From Dicyema japonicum (Eukaryota; Animalia; Dicyemida): a stretch of DNA of 64,000 nucleotides. Below are positions 49,277 to 61,199 of the stretch, piece by piece. Location: NCBI GenBank assembly GCA_011109175.1, contig RDEW01000029.1, positions 220,158 to 284,157 of the forward strand. Direction: 5' to 3'. The position numbers and the translations under genes are program-made. The notes beneath the pieces were generated by a model that did not search any database, had not been told where the DNA came from, and was given only the letters and a program-made list of their open reading frames with translations. Every line of letters starts with the position of its first letter. Position 1 is the stretch's first letter.

Positions 49277-50599
49277 TTGCTAATAAATAATCTGTCTTGA
49301 TTGATAAGTGTGGAAGTTACCAGTGAGACACTGAGGTTTCGTAACCTTATTATTTCTATTCACGTGCGTGGTCTATATCCGATATTCCGTCAAGTAAAAA
49401 TGTGTTTTTTTGTTTATTATTACTAGTCACGTGGATAGAATTATAGCAACTAACATCAGACAGATGGTCCTCCAAGTTCATTCAATTTTTGGTGGAGGGA
49501 CTCGAATAGCCGAAAATTGCCCTGTTCACCAACCCAGGATGTACACTATCCAGGAAAACATAAGGAAATCAACAATGAAGCAATACGAAGCAGAGGACCT
49601 TGGTTTTTTCAAAAAATCACATCCTCGAGGAAGGGTGGATGCGTCTCACAAAAAAATATGTCAGCGAGAACGCACAAGTCATGAGATCATAATTCTTTTA
49701 GTTGTGCATGTTCATAACACTAAGACCATGACTCTCCCTGAAGTTATCGGATCAGGTAGCTTAGTGGTTAGAATGTCATACCTGTAAAGATAGTCCATAG
49801 TTTCGATTGCCCCCCCCTCCTTCCAAGTTGGGTACTCGATTGGGGAATTTCTCGTCCTTTACTCAGTTCCGTCTATTCATTTAATAAGCGACGTTATAAG
49901 GCGCTTATTGCCAGGAAGACTTCCGGATGTCTCCTTCCGTCACTCCATTCTCACGTGAAGAAAAAGACAAGGGCTTTCCTTGTGTAATCAATATTCATGG
50001 ATAATTTTGAATATTTTAATAGTGACCTCTATTGCACGAATATCTACATGGTGGATGGAAACTTTTGTCTTACTTGTAAACCCAAATTCTGAACAAAGTG
50101 TCAATCCCGTCCAGCCCACAAATGAAAGAACTTTGAGATCATGTGTCAGATCGTTAATCTGACTAATGTGTGCTAATCTGACCATGTGATTCTGAAATGA
50201 CTCTAATGATGCACATTACAAATTGACCAATGATAAGTCACTATGAGTATCGAAATAGATGGCAAATAAATGTGAAGTACTAAGGTGTCAGTTTAAGATA
50301 TGAAGGCCTATAGGAGTATCATAGGAAGTCGACCATATCAAATCTCTGTCGATCTTCTTTATTCTCAAGGAGGTTGGTGCTTTGCTGTTATTAACGCTTC
50401 GAGAATTGATGGTATTAAGAGTTCTTCCTCAAATGTGTGCGGGTTCCCCGGTGAGTAAAGTGAGAAGAAACAACATTTATTATTGGAAATATATGAAGCA
50501 CTCTATATTCTACTAGACGGGAAAAAAGTCGCGCGATATGAACTGTGCCAGTCTTCCTGACTAGGATTTCAAAGAGACTAGGGTCTTTTACTGGGAAGG

Positions 50600-52830
50600 A
50601 CAGTGACTAAGAACTGAAAGTCCTTGATCTTCTATGTCTTTGCTCGATACATTGGTAAGAGGGTACCTAAAAGAGAACAGTTTCCAAGGAACATCGTCAC
50701 AAAGTTGAAATTTTTATGGCAAGAAGATAGCATGTTGTCCACATGTCTTCCAAAAGTTATTAGGAAGTCAGAAGTGACTCCCAATATCTTTACATTGGTC
50801 AATAACAATAGTAGGACTTCAGGAGACAAAATATTAATAGCACAGCATGCACAGAACACATACTTCGTTTTAAAAATAGAACAGCTGTTACAAAATATAG
50901 CATATATGTCGCCCACTGTGAGCAACCATGCACAACAAAACATGTGTCAAATCATGTCAATCAATATCACGATTAATTACTGAAATAAGATAATCTAGAG
51001 ATAATTTATTACATCAAAATTAATTATATTTTCTTGATCATGTGCATTGGAATAATTTTTTTCACCAGATAAATGAACCTTTTTTACATTCTAACTCTAC
51101 ATGATGATAATAAACTTAAGACTTCTACATTCTCACTTTATGGACTCTCAAATTTATTCAGCCTTTTTAGTTTTATTTATTTAACCCAAGACATGCATTC
51201 TAACAGAGACCTCATTTTTGCCCGGTGTTCTTCTTTCGTACCCGCGCATAAACGTACAACCTGAATTTTCAGGGCCACCTTCCCGTGATCTGGAGTCTAG
51301 ACTCATAAGGGCCTCCAGTAGCGTAGGTCCGATTCGGTGATCTTCACAAATCCAACGCTGTAAGCCCTCTTTTGCATTTCCTCAATTTTCCTCATATTTG
51401 TCCAAAATATGGACGATTCGCATGCATATGAGAAACATTGTTCGATGCACTGTTTGTACACGTTCATCAAGACTGGGTGACTCCCACTCTTCCATATCCC
51501 CGATAAAATTTTCAATACGTTCAGTTTCTTCTCGCATTTCAATAGAATGTTTTCTACGTGTGGTGTCAAACAGAGATGCATATCAATTGTCACAACCAAG
51601 ATCCTTTGACATCTGTTGAAAAGATGCCGACCTTGTTTAACTTCAGGGTGACTGTCTTCCTTCCCAATCTTTTGTCAGAGGTAAATAGTGACGTAGACGA
51701 CTTCTCTGTATTCGCCACGAGCCGGTTTTCCATTATCCAGGCATTAAGCCTGTCCACGTTAATTTGTGTTCCTTCTGTGACCTTCTGGATGTCCTGATCT
51801 CGCGAAGCCAACACAATATGAGAGTAGAACATCATTATCAGATTTAGAGTCGGGAGATCAGCCAGAAAGAAATTAAACAGAGCAGGAGATAAAGGAGATC
51901 CTTGAGGGACTCCATTGGGAAGAAGCTGTGAGATTGATTTCAGACCTCCGAGGCAAACACGTCTCCTTCGTCCACTTAGAAAGTTGATGATCTAAAGCTT
52001 TAGCTTCCCTGGGATCTCCGATTGAAATATTTTTCTCGAATCTTTTTCGAGACTGAGTCAAAAGCTTTATGTATGTCAATCGAGCAGAGTACTGCTTTAA
52101 AGTGTCTCGACTTGGTTGTGAATCCGACTCGAATGAAGTCGGTCAATGTTTGTAAGTATGTAGACGTGGATCTCTCATTTTTGAATCCATGTTGAAAAGG
52201 CCTCTCTTTTGCCACGTTTCGAATAGCTTTCCACTCCTCTTCCGTAGTGCGATTTCTATTTACCTTTGTAAGCATCTGGGCCTCGAGCTCTTTGGCCTTT
52301 ATTTCATATTCAATGTTCTGATCCGGAGTTTCATACCAAGGTCATCCGGTTAGATTTTTTAAGCTGATTTCTTTCTTTAATCAAGGTCGTCTTTGTTCCA
52401 AGAATTTTTGCATCATTTCCAAGAATTTTTGTTGTTCGTTACCGAGATGTTCCACAACTTTTTTGAGATCTAATTTGTTCCTCATTTCTGACGTAGGCGT
52501 CATTCTGTCACATTTAAGAAGGATCCGGAGGCATTGGTTTTGTATGACCTCTAATTTGTTCTGTGTGGATAATGACAAGGGTGTACGCCGTACATGCATG
52601 TTCCATTGTAGAATATACTGTTTGTATAATAATTTGAGATGAGAAAGTGAAGATATTGGCGATCTAGCAAAGGTCTTGAGGATCCCCATCTTTTTTTGAA
52701 CTTTTGAAATTATTGTGTCCACATGATGTGTGAACGTCATCAACGGGTCATATGTAACTCCAAGGATTGATGGGTTCTCATTAACTGGGGTAAGCTCTCC
52801 ACTCCAAGTTAATTTAGGATCGAAGGATGT
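50600..52830 (-). mobile_element. Jockey/I-like LINE RT fragments (several, out of order)
   Basis: FQHGFKNERST, IDIHKAFDSV, PQGSPLSP, YSHIVLASRD, ILGVTYDPLMTF. A small related piece (KILGVTSDF) lies at about 50640-50770. Confidence 0.85.
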
Positions 52831-52838
52831 ATGATTTC

Positions 52839-55630
52839 GGAGTGCGGAGCGGAAAAAAAGTCAAGTCCGCTAACGAAATCACGGACTTGACTTTTTTTCC
52901 GCTTTGGTTTAATCTTTTTGTTAAATATCAACTAACAAAGGAGGAAAGAAAATTTGTTTTAAGGGTTTTATGTATACAAAGCACTCGGTGATAAAAAAAC
53001 TATATAATTTTTAAATATGTGAAAAAATCTTCACAAGGATGCAGAGGAAGCCTAAGAACAGATCATAATTTTGAATTTCCCAAATAAGGAATTTTTCACA
53101 ATCACGAATTTGACGAAAGTCAAAAAAACTGATGAAATTGTGCAACGAAGCAAAACTTATTGCTAAAACAAGTCAAGAAAATCCCTTAAAATCTATTCAA
53201 AGGTTGTGTCTCAATGTGAAACAGCAACCAGAATTATTCTCCCTTCTGCAGATTCTTTCAAGCGAACACTAAGGAATCAACGCTTGTCTCTACATATTCC
53301 AAAAAATATTTTCGATCTCGGAGATATTCCATCGTCTTTAACTTTAACTCTTGGTCCAGATTCAGAAAATTTTTTAATTTATGATAATCATAGAAGAACC
53401 GATAGAATATTAATATTCAGCACCAAAACTAATTTAACGTTATTGGCGAATTCAAAATCATGGTATATGGATGGAAATTTCTCCATGGCACCATGTATTT
53501 TCAAGCAAATCTATTTTATCAGGATTCAGTTCAATGCCAGTGCAATTACAGTTATTTATGGAATATTACCTACTAAATCACGAAAGATTTACGAAGAATT
53601 TTTTGAGGCTATTCAAAATGCAATTCATAATTTGAATTTGGAATTTTGTCTTGAAACTATTATGGCAGACTTTGAAGATTCGGTATTTCGAGCTGTTCTT
53701 GCAGTATTTGGGGACGAATACATATTAGAGGATGTTATTATCATCTAAGACAGTCAACCTGGAAAAAAATTCAAGAATTGCATCTAGTAAAACAATATAA
53801 AGAAAATATTAATTTTAACATTTTTTGCGCAATGATAGACGCTCTTGCGTTTTTACCCATTCAAGATATGGAGGAAGCAATAGAATTCCTAATGAATAAT
53901 ATGCCAGAAAATGTTTCAGATTCAAAATATATATTAGATTATTTTGATAGAACATATGTTCGCGGTTATTATCGTCGCTTAAATTATCGAGAAAACCCCT
54001 TAGCTGTTAAAATACAGCACATTGCTCCATTGTTTCCTCCAAATTTATGGAATGTGTATAAAGCTACATTCAATAATAAACAAAGAACAAATATCTATTG
54101 TGAAGGGTGGAACAATAAATTATGGTTCCCATTCAAAATGGCCTCCGATAAATTTTTTCAGGTTTTGGATAAGTTCATCAATAAACATCACGAGATATTT
54201 TACCAAGGTCCTCGACATCTTTAGGTAAAAAAGTCATCTTTTTTAAATCTTATAAAAATTGATTTTAAGGGGTCCTATGGCTAAGTGGAACATTTTACCA
54301 AGGTCCTCGACATCTTTAGCTAAAAAAGTCATCTTTTTTAAAATTTTTATATAAGTTTAAAATGAAATATTTATTTTCAAAAGAAAAAAAGGAAAATGAT
54401 TATAAATGTTAATAGAACACATATTCTACTAAATTGAATATATATTCTGTCGGATCCATATTAAGTAATATTTGTTCTTGAACACATCTCAATATATTCT
54501 CAGATAAAGCGATATATTTATTCTAGTTTTTCTAAGAATTTAATCATTATGCCTTCTTCTTTTATCAATTTCTTTACAAAATTTCTTGGCGTCTTGTTTA
54601 GTGTCCCAAATGTACTTCCAAAAAAAACGTTCTACACTCAATAATAAACAAAGAAACAAATAACTATTGTAAGGGTGGAACTAATAAATTATACAATTTG
54701 ACGGATCTCACCATCGATATGGAATATTATATTCGTCATTCCAAAAAAGAAGAAAATGACGAAAAACTATTATTGACCAGGATTCTTTGGAAAAGGAATT
54801 TCAACAAGAACAAATAAAAAAACGAATTGATAGACAAAAAAAGGCTTAAATATATGTCTGAATCGCCAGGACGGAAAAAAACAGTAGAGAAGCCCTAAAA
54901 CCAAATTGCATGGACGATATGGAATAATTATATCGTCATTCCAAAAAAGAAGAAAAAATGAGGAAAACTATTATTGACCAGATTCCTTTGGAAAAAGAAT
55001 TTCAACAAGAAACAAATAAAAAAACGATTGATAGACAAAAAAGGCTTTTAAATATATGTCTGGATCCCAGGACGGAAAAAAAACAGTAGGAAAGCCCTAA
55101 AACAATTGCATGGAATATTAAATATTCTTTTGATTCAAATTAAATAATCCCTGATTCTCGTTAAATAAAAATCATATGTTTATAACATTTTAAAAATTTT
55201 AAAAGTAAAAAAATTATTTTTAGAATTTATTTCCACCACGTGTAGTTTTAGTTGTGGCGACATTTTAATTCATTAACATTAGCCAAAATGTTAATTATTT
55301 AAATAATTTGTATTCTAAACTCGCTTACTTTAAAATGAAACGATCATGAATAAAAATCTTTAATTTATAAACGGAAAAAAAAGTCAAGTCCGAATTTCGT
55401 TAAACGGACTTGACTTTTTTTTCCGTTTTGCGCTAAATTTCGAAAATTTATAAGGGAAAAATTTTCAAAAATAGAAAAAAAGACAAGCGGAAAAAAAAGT
55501 CAAGTATTGAAAAATTTTTAAAAATTAAAAGATGCTAGTAGTATCACAAAAATGCGATATAAACCAAAAAAAGACAACTTGACTTTTTTCCGCTTGACTT
55601 TTTTTCCACTTGACTTTTTTTCCGCACTCC
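52839..55630 (+). mobile_element. MULE (Mutator-like) DNA transposon with TIRs and hairpin-forming subterminal repeats; transposase frameshifted
   Basis: Ends GGAGTGCGGA...TCCGCACTCC. Transposase WYMDGNFSMAP, IMADFE, CEGWNNK (53206-54224). Palindromes at 52850-52901 and 55372-55425. No TSD seen. Confidence 0.88.
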
Positions 55631-55639
55631 TAATCCATA

Positions 55640-57420
55640 CCCGTCGCAACAAATGTCCATGCTTACAAATTCACACAATACATCACAAACGATTTTGGAT
55701 TACGAATTTGGAGCAGTCCCGGTAGAAAATAGACGTTCCCGTACAAGTAACTGCTCCAGCCTTCCATAAAATGTCCACAGAATTGTATCCAGTCATTATA
55801 TTACTCTTGCTTTTTTAATTTCGTCTCATTGACCACCAAGATGTCGATCTTGGAGGACCTCGCAAGTAGTGCTAGTTCATTTTGCCTTTTCCTTAAAGAT
55901 CGGGCATTCACTAGCACTATTTTTAGTCCTTGCTTCAAAAATTTAGATGACCTTGCTTCTTCAAAGCCAAGGTCACCATTTCCATTAAATCCACATGTGC
56001 AATAGAGCACAAATAGTTTAACCGCGACATAATCTCCGATATTTCAGCGTGTATCTTCTCTGATAGATTGGATGAGACATCGTTCGGTTTTCGACGAATT
56101 TTAGGTGCCGACTTTGACATAACTGTCTTTGCTGTACACGTTCTCCCAATTATCGCCTGTCCATCGCCTTTAGTTGCTTTCCTCTGATCAAATTTCTTGG
56201 CGGCTGGGCATCCACCATATCTGGCACAGTGTGAGGACGAGCCACAATTTATACAATTCATTGTGTTCCCAGGAGTCTCTCCACAAGCAGTCAAGTCGTG
56301 TTCCCCTGCACAACGGAGACATCTTGTCTTCTCCTTACAGAAGGAGATATGTGTCCATAGCGTTGGCATTTGAAACATATAGGTGGGCCTCTTCTTTACC
56401 ATTCACATGTAATCGGCACGTGGCAATGTTGAAACCAAGACGGACAAGCGATGTAGCCTCCGCTCTTGATAACTAGAACTTTTGCAAGAGGGAGTCTCCT
56501 ATCTCCCTTGTAGAAACGGGATATGCTCGTAGTAGAGGGAGCTAATTCCTTGACAAATTCATGAAGGTCGTTATCATCAACCCAAAATGACAAGTTCTTC
56601 AACGCAATTTCGGACGATTTCACTCGGATTTCACTGAAACAATGGTTTCCAAGACCAAAGGGTGAAGTGGCATTTACATGTTCACAAAAGTTCCTTTTGT
56701 CCTCCTCCTTCGTGAATTCAAGGCGGAAGATGCCGGAGCCTTTGTGGCTCAATCTAATAGACCCTGTCGGGTCGAACGAGTACAGTAAGTTGGAGATTTT
56801 GATGGCTCCCATATTTGACATAACAGTGATTTGTATAAAAGCATTCACAGAGTATTCAAAAGGAGACTTCAGAGACACATCCTTAACATTTTCAATACAG
56901 CTATTCTTTAAAACCCCTCCAGAGGTAGTCTCATCGTTTTCAATATAATTCTCCTTTAAGACCTCTCCAGAGTTGGTCTTTTTGATTTTAGTATTCTTCT
57001 TTGTAGTAGCTCTTCTAACGACAGGCATGAAGCTTCAAAGATGCTGACAGTGCTATCAGCAATAGGTAGTTCCTGGTTTTGGAATCATCCTCACAACAGC
57101 TTTCTTCCATATTAAAGGCAAGTGGCCAAGTCGTAAACACCCATCATAAAGAAATCGCAGACAATCAAACAAAATATCCGGACCCTCTTTGATAAGTTTC
57201 ATTGATATGTGGTCATATCCTGGAGCATTGACCTTGCATTCCCTGATAGCTGTCATCACTTCAAAGATGCTGACAGTGCTATCAGCAATAAGTAGTTCCT
57301 CGTCGGAGTGTTTAAATATATCGGCAGACACCTTCTTTTTGTCATCAGGGATCAAACTCCACGGATCCACACCCTGAATTGTTTGGAGCTGATCCCTGAA
57401 TATCGAAGGTGTTTCCTCCG
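55640..57420 (-). mobile_element. Jockey/I-like LINE: ORF1 (CCHC knuckles), APE start and a displaced RT fragment
   Basis: CLRCAGEHDLTAC, CINCGSSSHCARYGGCP, IVLVNARSL, ILVVNETKL. RT piece APGYDHI...WKKAVVRMIPKPG at 57056-57370. Confidence 0.88.
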
Positions 57421-57599
57421 TTATGCATACTCCCCCGTCTGGTTTATCCAGTATATTTTTTTTAGTTCTAGCTACGATTAGTTATAATAACTGTTTTTTA
57501 CTTAAATAAAGTGTGTGTCCTGCCTGAACAGAGCTATAGCTAATATGACTCTGCGTATAAGTGCAGTTTTTTATTTATTGTATGCCTACCAAAATTGTT

Positions 57600-58230
57600 T
57601 GTACAGTGTTAACGTGTCAATTATGAAGGCTTTGGAAACAAAAAGGTGTTTGACCGCACTCTGCCTTGATGTATTCAAAGCTTTCGACAGTGTGTGGCCT
57701 ATTGGTATTCTTATTTGTCTTGCGTAATGTGGTGTTGAAAAGGAACTTTATTTTTGGATACAGAGTTTGCCATCAGATAGACGGTTAATTTTTTAAACTA
57801 TGAATTTCGTGAAATTTGGTTGAAAAGAGGTGTACCTCAGGGTTCAGTGCTCAGTCCTTTATTATTTAACATTGTAATGAGTGAACTGCCTTCCCCAGAA
57901 AACCCAAGTACAGAAATCTTGATAACGCTCTTTATTTCGTTAGAAAATTAAAGCTCGAGCCGGAGACCTTTGTTTATGTCTTCAACACTGCGATACTACC
58001 TGCAATGATATACGGTTTAGAAGGATGGCACGATTCGAAAAAGAGAGACTCTACCCTCAAGAAATTAGAGAAAACGAGAAATTTTGCTTACGGGATAAGT
58101 CCTCGTATGCCAATTCTCCTATGGTTGGAAGGAAAAATGTGCAAAGTTTGTGGAACTATCGAAAATCTTATTCAAGGTTTCAAAAATCTCACTAAAGTAT
58201 CTGGCACATATTTTCAGAGATGACCCTGTA
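57600..58230 (+). mobile_element. LINE RT fragments
   Basis: ALCLDVFKAFDSVW and GVPQGSVLSPLLFNI. Confidence 0.75.
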
Positions 58231-58389
58231 TTTACGGATTTTTTGGGAAGACTGTCGGAATAGAAGTCGGTTGGCATGCCCTACCGTTTCATATTACTTC
58301 CCCCATCACTTAATTAACAGTGCTTTTTCTTTATAATAACTGCCTCGCTTGTTTTACTGTCCGAGGGCAGTAATATAATTGTTTGTTAA

Positions 58390-58495
58390 GTTCCTAATGG
58401 GTCGTATTAACCGTCTCAACCGGTAACCGTTACTTTCGGTCATCGGTTAAACGGCTTTAACGGTTAAATCGATTTTGCGGATCGTTCTCACCCTA
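58390..58495 (-). mobile_element. Solitary hAT-like terminus (TAGGGTGAGAACG with AACCG/CGGTT repeats)
   Basis: Clustered aaccg/cggtt motifs end in gttctcacccta. The partner end was not found. Confidence 0.45.
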
Positions 58496-58633
58496 GAGTC
58501 GTTGTCAACCGGTCACAAACATTATAATAATTTTTTTAATTATTTTAGTTATTTTTTAATAAAAATAATGATTAATTATTTAACTACAATTGTTTCTAAA
58601 AAATAGATTCTAATTTCATTATTTGACCCATAT

Positions 58634-59980
58634 ATGTTAATTCTTTGTGCTTTCCTCATTTCTGGTAATTTTGTTTTAGCTTCTTTTAGTTTCCGGTAGA
58701 TGCCCTTTAACATTCCAAAATATTGGGACAGAGTTTGAATTTGATTCTTTATGCTATGCTATTGTTTTTAATAGTATGAATTATTATCGTGCCAAAGCTC
58801 ATTGTGAAAAATTTGACGCGGAAATTGTAATCTTCAATCATATTTTAGGCACAAATTTATTCACAGGAAGTTACGGAATTTATCGGTAATTATTTAAACA
58901 GACAGAATTATCCTGATAATACTCTTTTATATATAGCTGGTGAATTGCAAGATTTTGGGTGGATGAACAGAGGTAAATAATTAGGATTTAACTTGCAAGG
59001 AAATGAATTGGTATACCAAAATTTTGGAACATGGAATTACAATAATTATGGACATTGTATTTGTCTATCTGAAAGAAATTTTAAAAAGTGGACCAAATGT
59101 AACTGTAAATATTATGTAAATTCTAATGGATTTATCTGCCAGACAAGTTTTTTTAGGTATTAATAAATAGTAGCTCAACCTGATCCTGTCACACTAAAAA
59201 CCACTGAAATTAAAACGACCACCTCAACAACTACTATAACGTCGAGTAAACCGACTCTGCCAACAACTACTGAATCAACCACTAGTAGTCCGACAACAAA
59301 TTCTATTGAAAAAATATCCTCGACCTATTCACAGTCCACTTGAAGCAATCACCGATAATCAATCACGTGAACCTAATGAAAATATAACTAAAAAGACTCA
59401 TGTTATTACTACTCTAAACTCTGCTCAAGAATTTTTTGATGGTCCAAAAACAGCGACTAAACCGACTCCTAATACTGCGACTACTGAGAAGCCCACTGAA
59501 GCAAAGACTGATAATCCGTCAACAGTTTCTACAGAAAATTAAAGGAAAATCAGAATCAACCACACCGACTCCTAATACTGCGACTACTGAGAACCCCACT
59601 GAAGCAGAGACTGATAATCCGTCAACAGTTTCTACAGAAATTAAAGGAAAATCAGAATCAACCACACCGACTCCTAATACTGAGACTACCTTAAAGTCTA
59701 CCATTATGAAAGAGCCGATAAATCAAAATACAGGATTAAGAGAAACTCTAAATAATACAAAACAAACTTCAAAATCAAACTGTCCAGAAGGTCTACCAAA
59801 TTTTATTGGTTACTACAAATTATTAATTCTTAGGAATCATAATAGGATTTTTGTGTGGAGTTTTAGTATGTGTCGCCATCTCTATGTATTTTTATTTCAC
59901 AGTTTAGAAAATACCAAACATATTCCGAAACTGAAAAATTATTTAAAATCTATAGTCGTTCCTCAAAACCAAGACATTAG
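58634..59980 (+). CDS. Type I membrane protein: signal peptide - C-type lectin-like domain - Thr/Pro-rich mucin stalk - TM - short tail
   Basis: Introns at 58665-58689, 58827-58848, 58973-58999 and 59147-59170 give MLILCAFLISVSGRCP...CY...AKAHCEKFDAEIAQIYSQEVTEFI...GHCICL...WTKCNC...FICQ. TM GIIIGFLCGVLVCVAISMYF follows another micro-intron. Two 1-nt frame breaks (about 59538 and 59900). Confidence 0.82.
59462..59682 (+). repeat. 102-bp coding tandem repeat (34 aa; 2 copies plus a partial) in the mucin stalk
   Basis: ccgactcctaatactg starts at 59462, 59565 and 59667. Confidence 0.95.
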
Positions 59981-60796
59981 TTTAAAAGATTTGACAGTTA
60001 ATTTGGGTTTTAAGGGTTGTTATCGGTTTCCAAATTGTGAGCGAAATTTTGTTAGAACAGTTGAATTCTTGTCATTCTTTTCATAGGATGACGCATAGCT
60101 GCTTAGTTCGCTTTGTTGCAGCTTTTAGTTCTTTGATTGTGCTCTATCGCTTAACTCCCAGCTAAATTCTGTTTTGATTCGCAAAATGGCATTTAGTTGT
60201 CATTGCACATTATTTTTATATCGATGACCTGATTTTACTTTAACCAACTTTATTATCAAAGTTAAGCAAAGTGGGTATTTCTGAGTCTTTTTTTAACACA
60301 AGTCCTTCCAGAGCTTTGAGTCTCCTCCTTCAACTTCAGATCCTTCTTGTGATTCATTTTCGCTGCGATTTTTTGGTCAAGGATTGCATTTCTTTTTAGG
60401 AATTCGTTGTTATTTTCTGTTACTCATATATCCACACTAATAGCACACTTTCATACTGAATTAGCGTCTTGTCTTAAATTAAATTCAATAAAGTCAAAAA
60501 AGTCTATAAAATCAGACATCCTAAAAATTGACTCTCAACAAAGGAAATTTAGAGATATACTGCTCTTGGAGATCGTTTCCACTTTTTCCTAAAAATACAT
60601 TTATAATTCACAAAAAATCAAAATTTTAATTGGGTTATTTTTTGGGTTTATCTAAATCTAAACATTCCTTTATGTGTATAAAGTTATTCCTCTTTAATCC
60701 GATATCTTATTATAAGACTCCCGAAAAGTCAAAGTTAATTAAGCTTCTCTTGTTCCATGTTCATTTATTAATTTAGGCCACAGTGAAACCTCGTAG

Positions 60797-61140
60797 TTAT
60801 TATTATTAAGGCACTTTCACGGAAGCCATAATGTTTATAGCATGTGCAACACTAAGGAAACAATATTTATAGTTAGTCTTTTCCATCTTCCTCTGTCGAA
60901 TGCGAGTGATCTCAATTCGTCCAGGTTGTCCCCCGTCTTTAGATTTTTTCTCACACGATTTAAGTCTTTGTTTAAGGCAGTCGAAAGTGTCGATCTAGGT
61001 CGACCGTGGAAGGGTTTTTCGCAACTGTCAAAGTAATCTTTCATCGCTTTGTTAGCGGGTGCGTCCGGGATCATTCTTAATACATGCCCAAATAGCCTCC
61101 ACCGGGCATCTATCACATCCTTGCTGATGTAAGAACACGA
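60797..61140 (-). mobile_element. RTE-like LINE 3' end with (TAA)n tail; near-identical copy at 63855-64000
   Basis: ARWRLFGHVLRM...GRPRSTL; the nucleotide match to 63855-64000 is nearly exact. Confidence 0.85.
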
Positions 61141-61199
61141 GAGGTTATTAATCGAATCAGGTCACTAAACATTCTTATCACGAAAAGCACAAACAACTC

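Noticed and set aside
49400-50600. Several short ORFs on both strands
   Set aside because: No consistent exon chain or motif could be built; left unannotated.
58886-58901. Apparent 16-nt intron in the lectin gene
   Set aside because: Unnecessary: a 22-nt intron at 58827-58848 restores the frame and gives a better CTLD match.
59462-59682. Repeat arrays (here, 35663-35798 and 8833-8972) as CRISPR-like arrays
   Set aside because: They are head-to-tail tandem repeats with no unique spacers and no cas genes, in a eukaryotic context.
60781-60793. pogo TIR-like CAGTGAAACCTCG beside an RTE tail, suggesting RTE targeting of pogo elements
   Set aside because: Only 13 bp, with no flanking TA and just two insertions; insufficient evidence.
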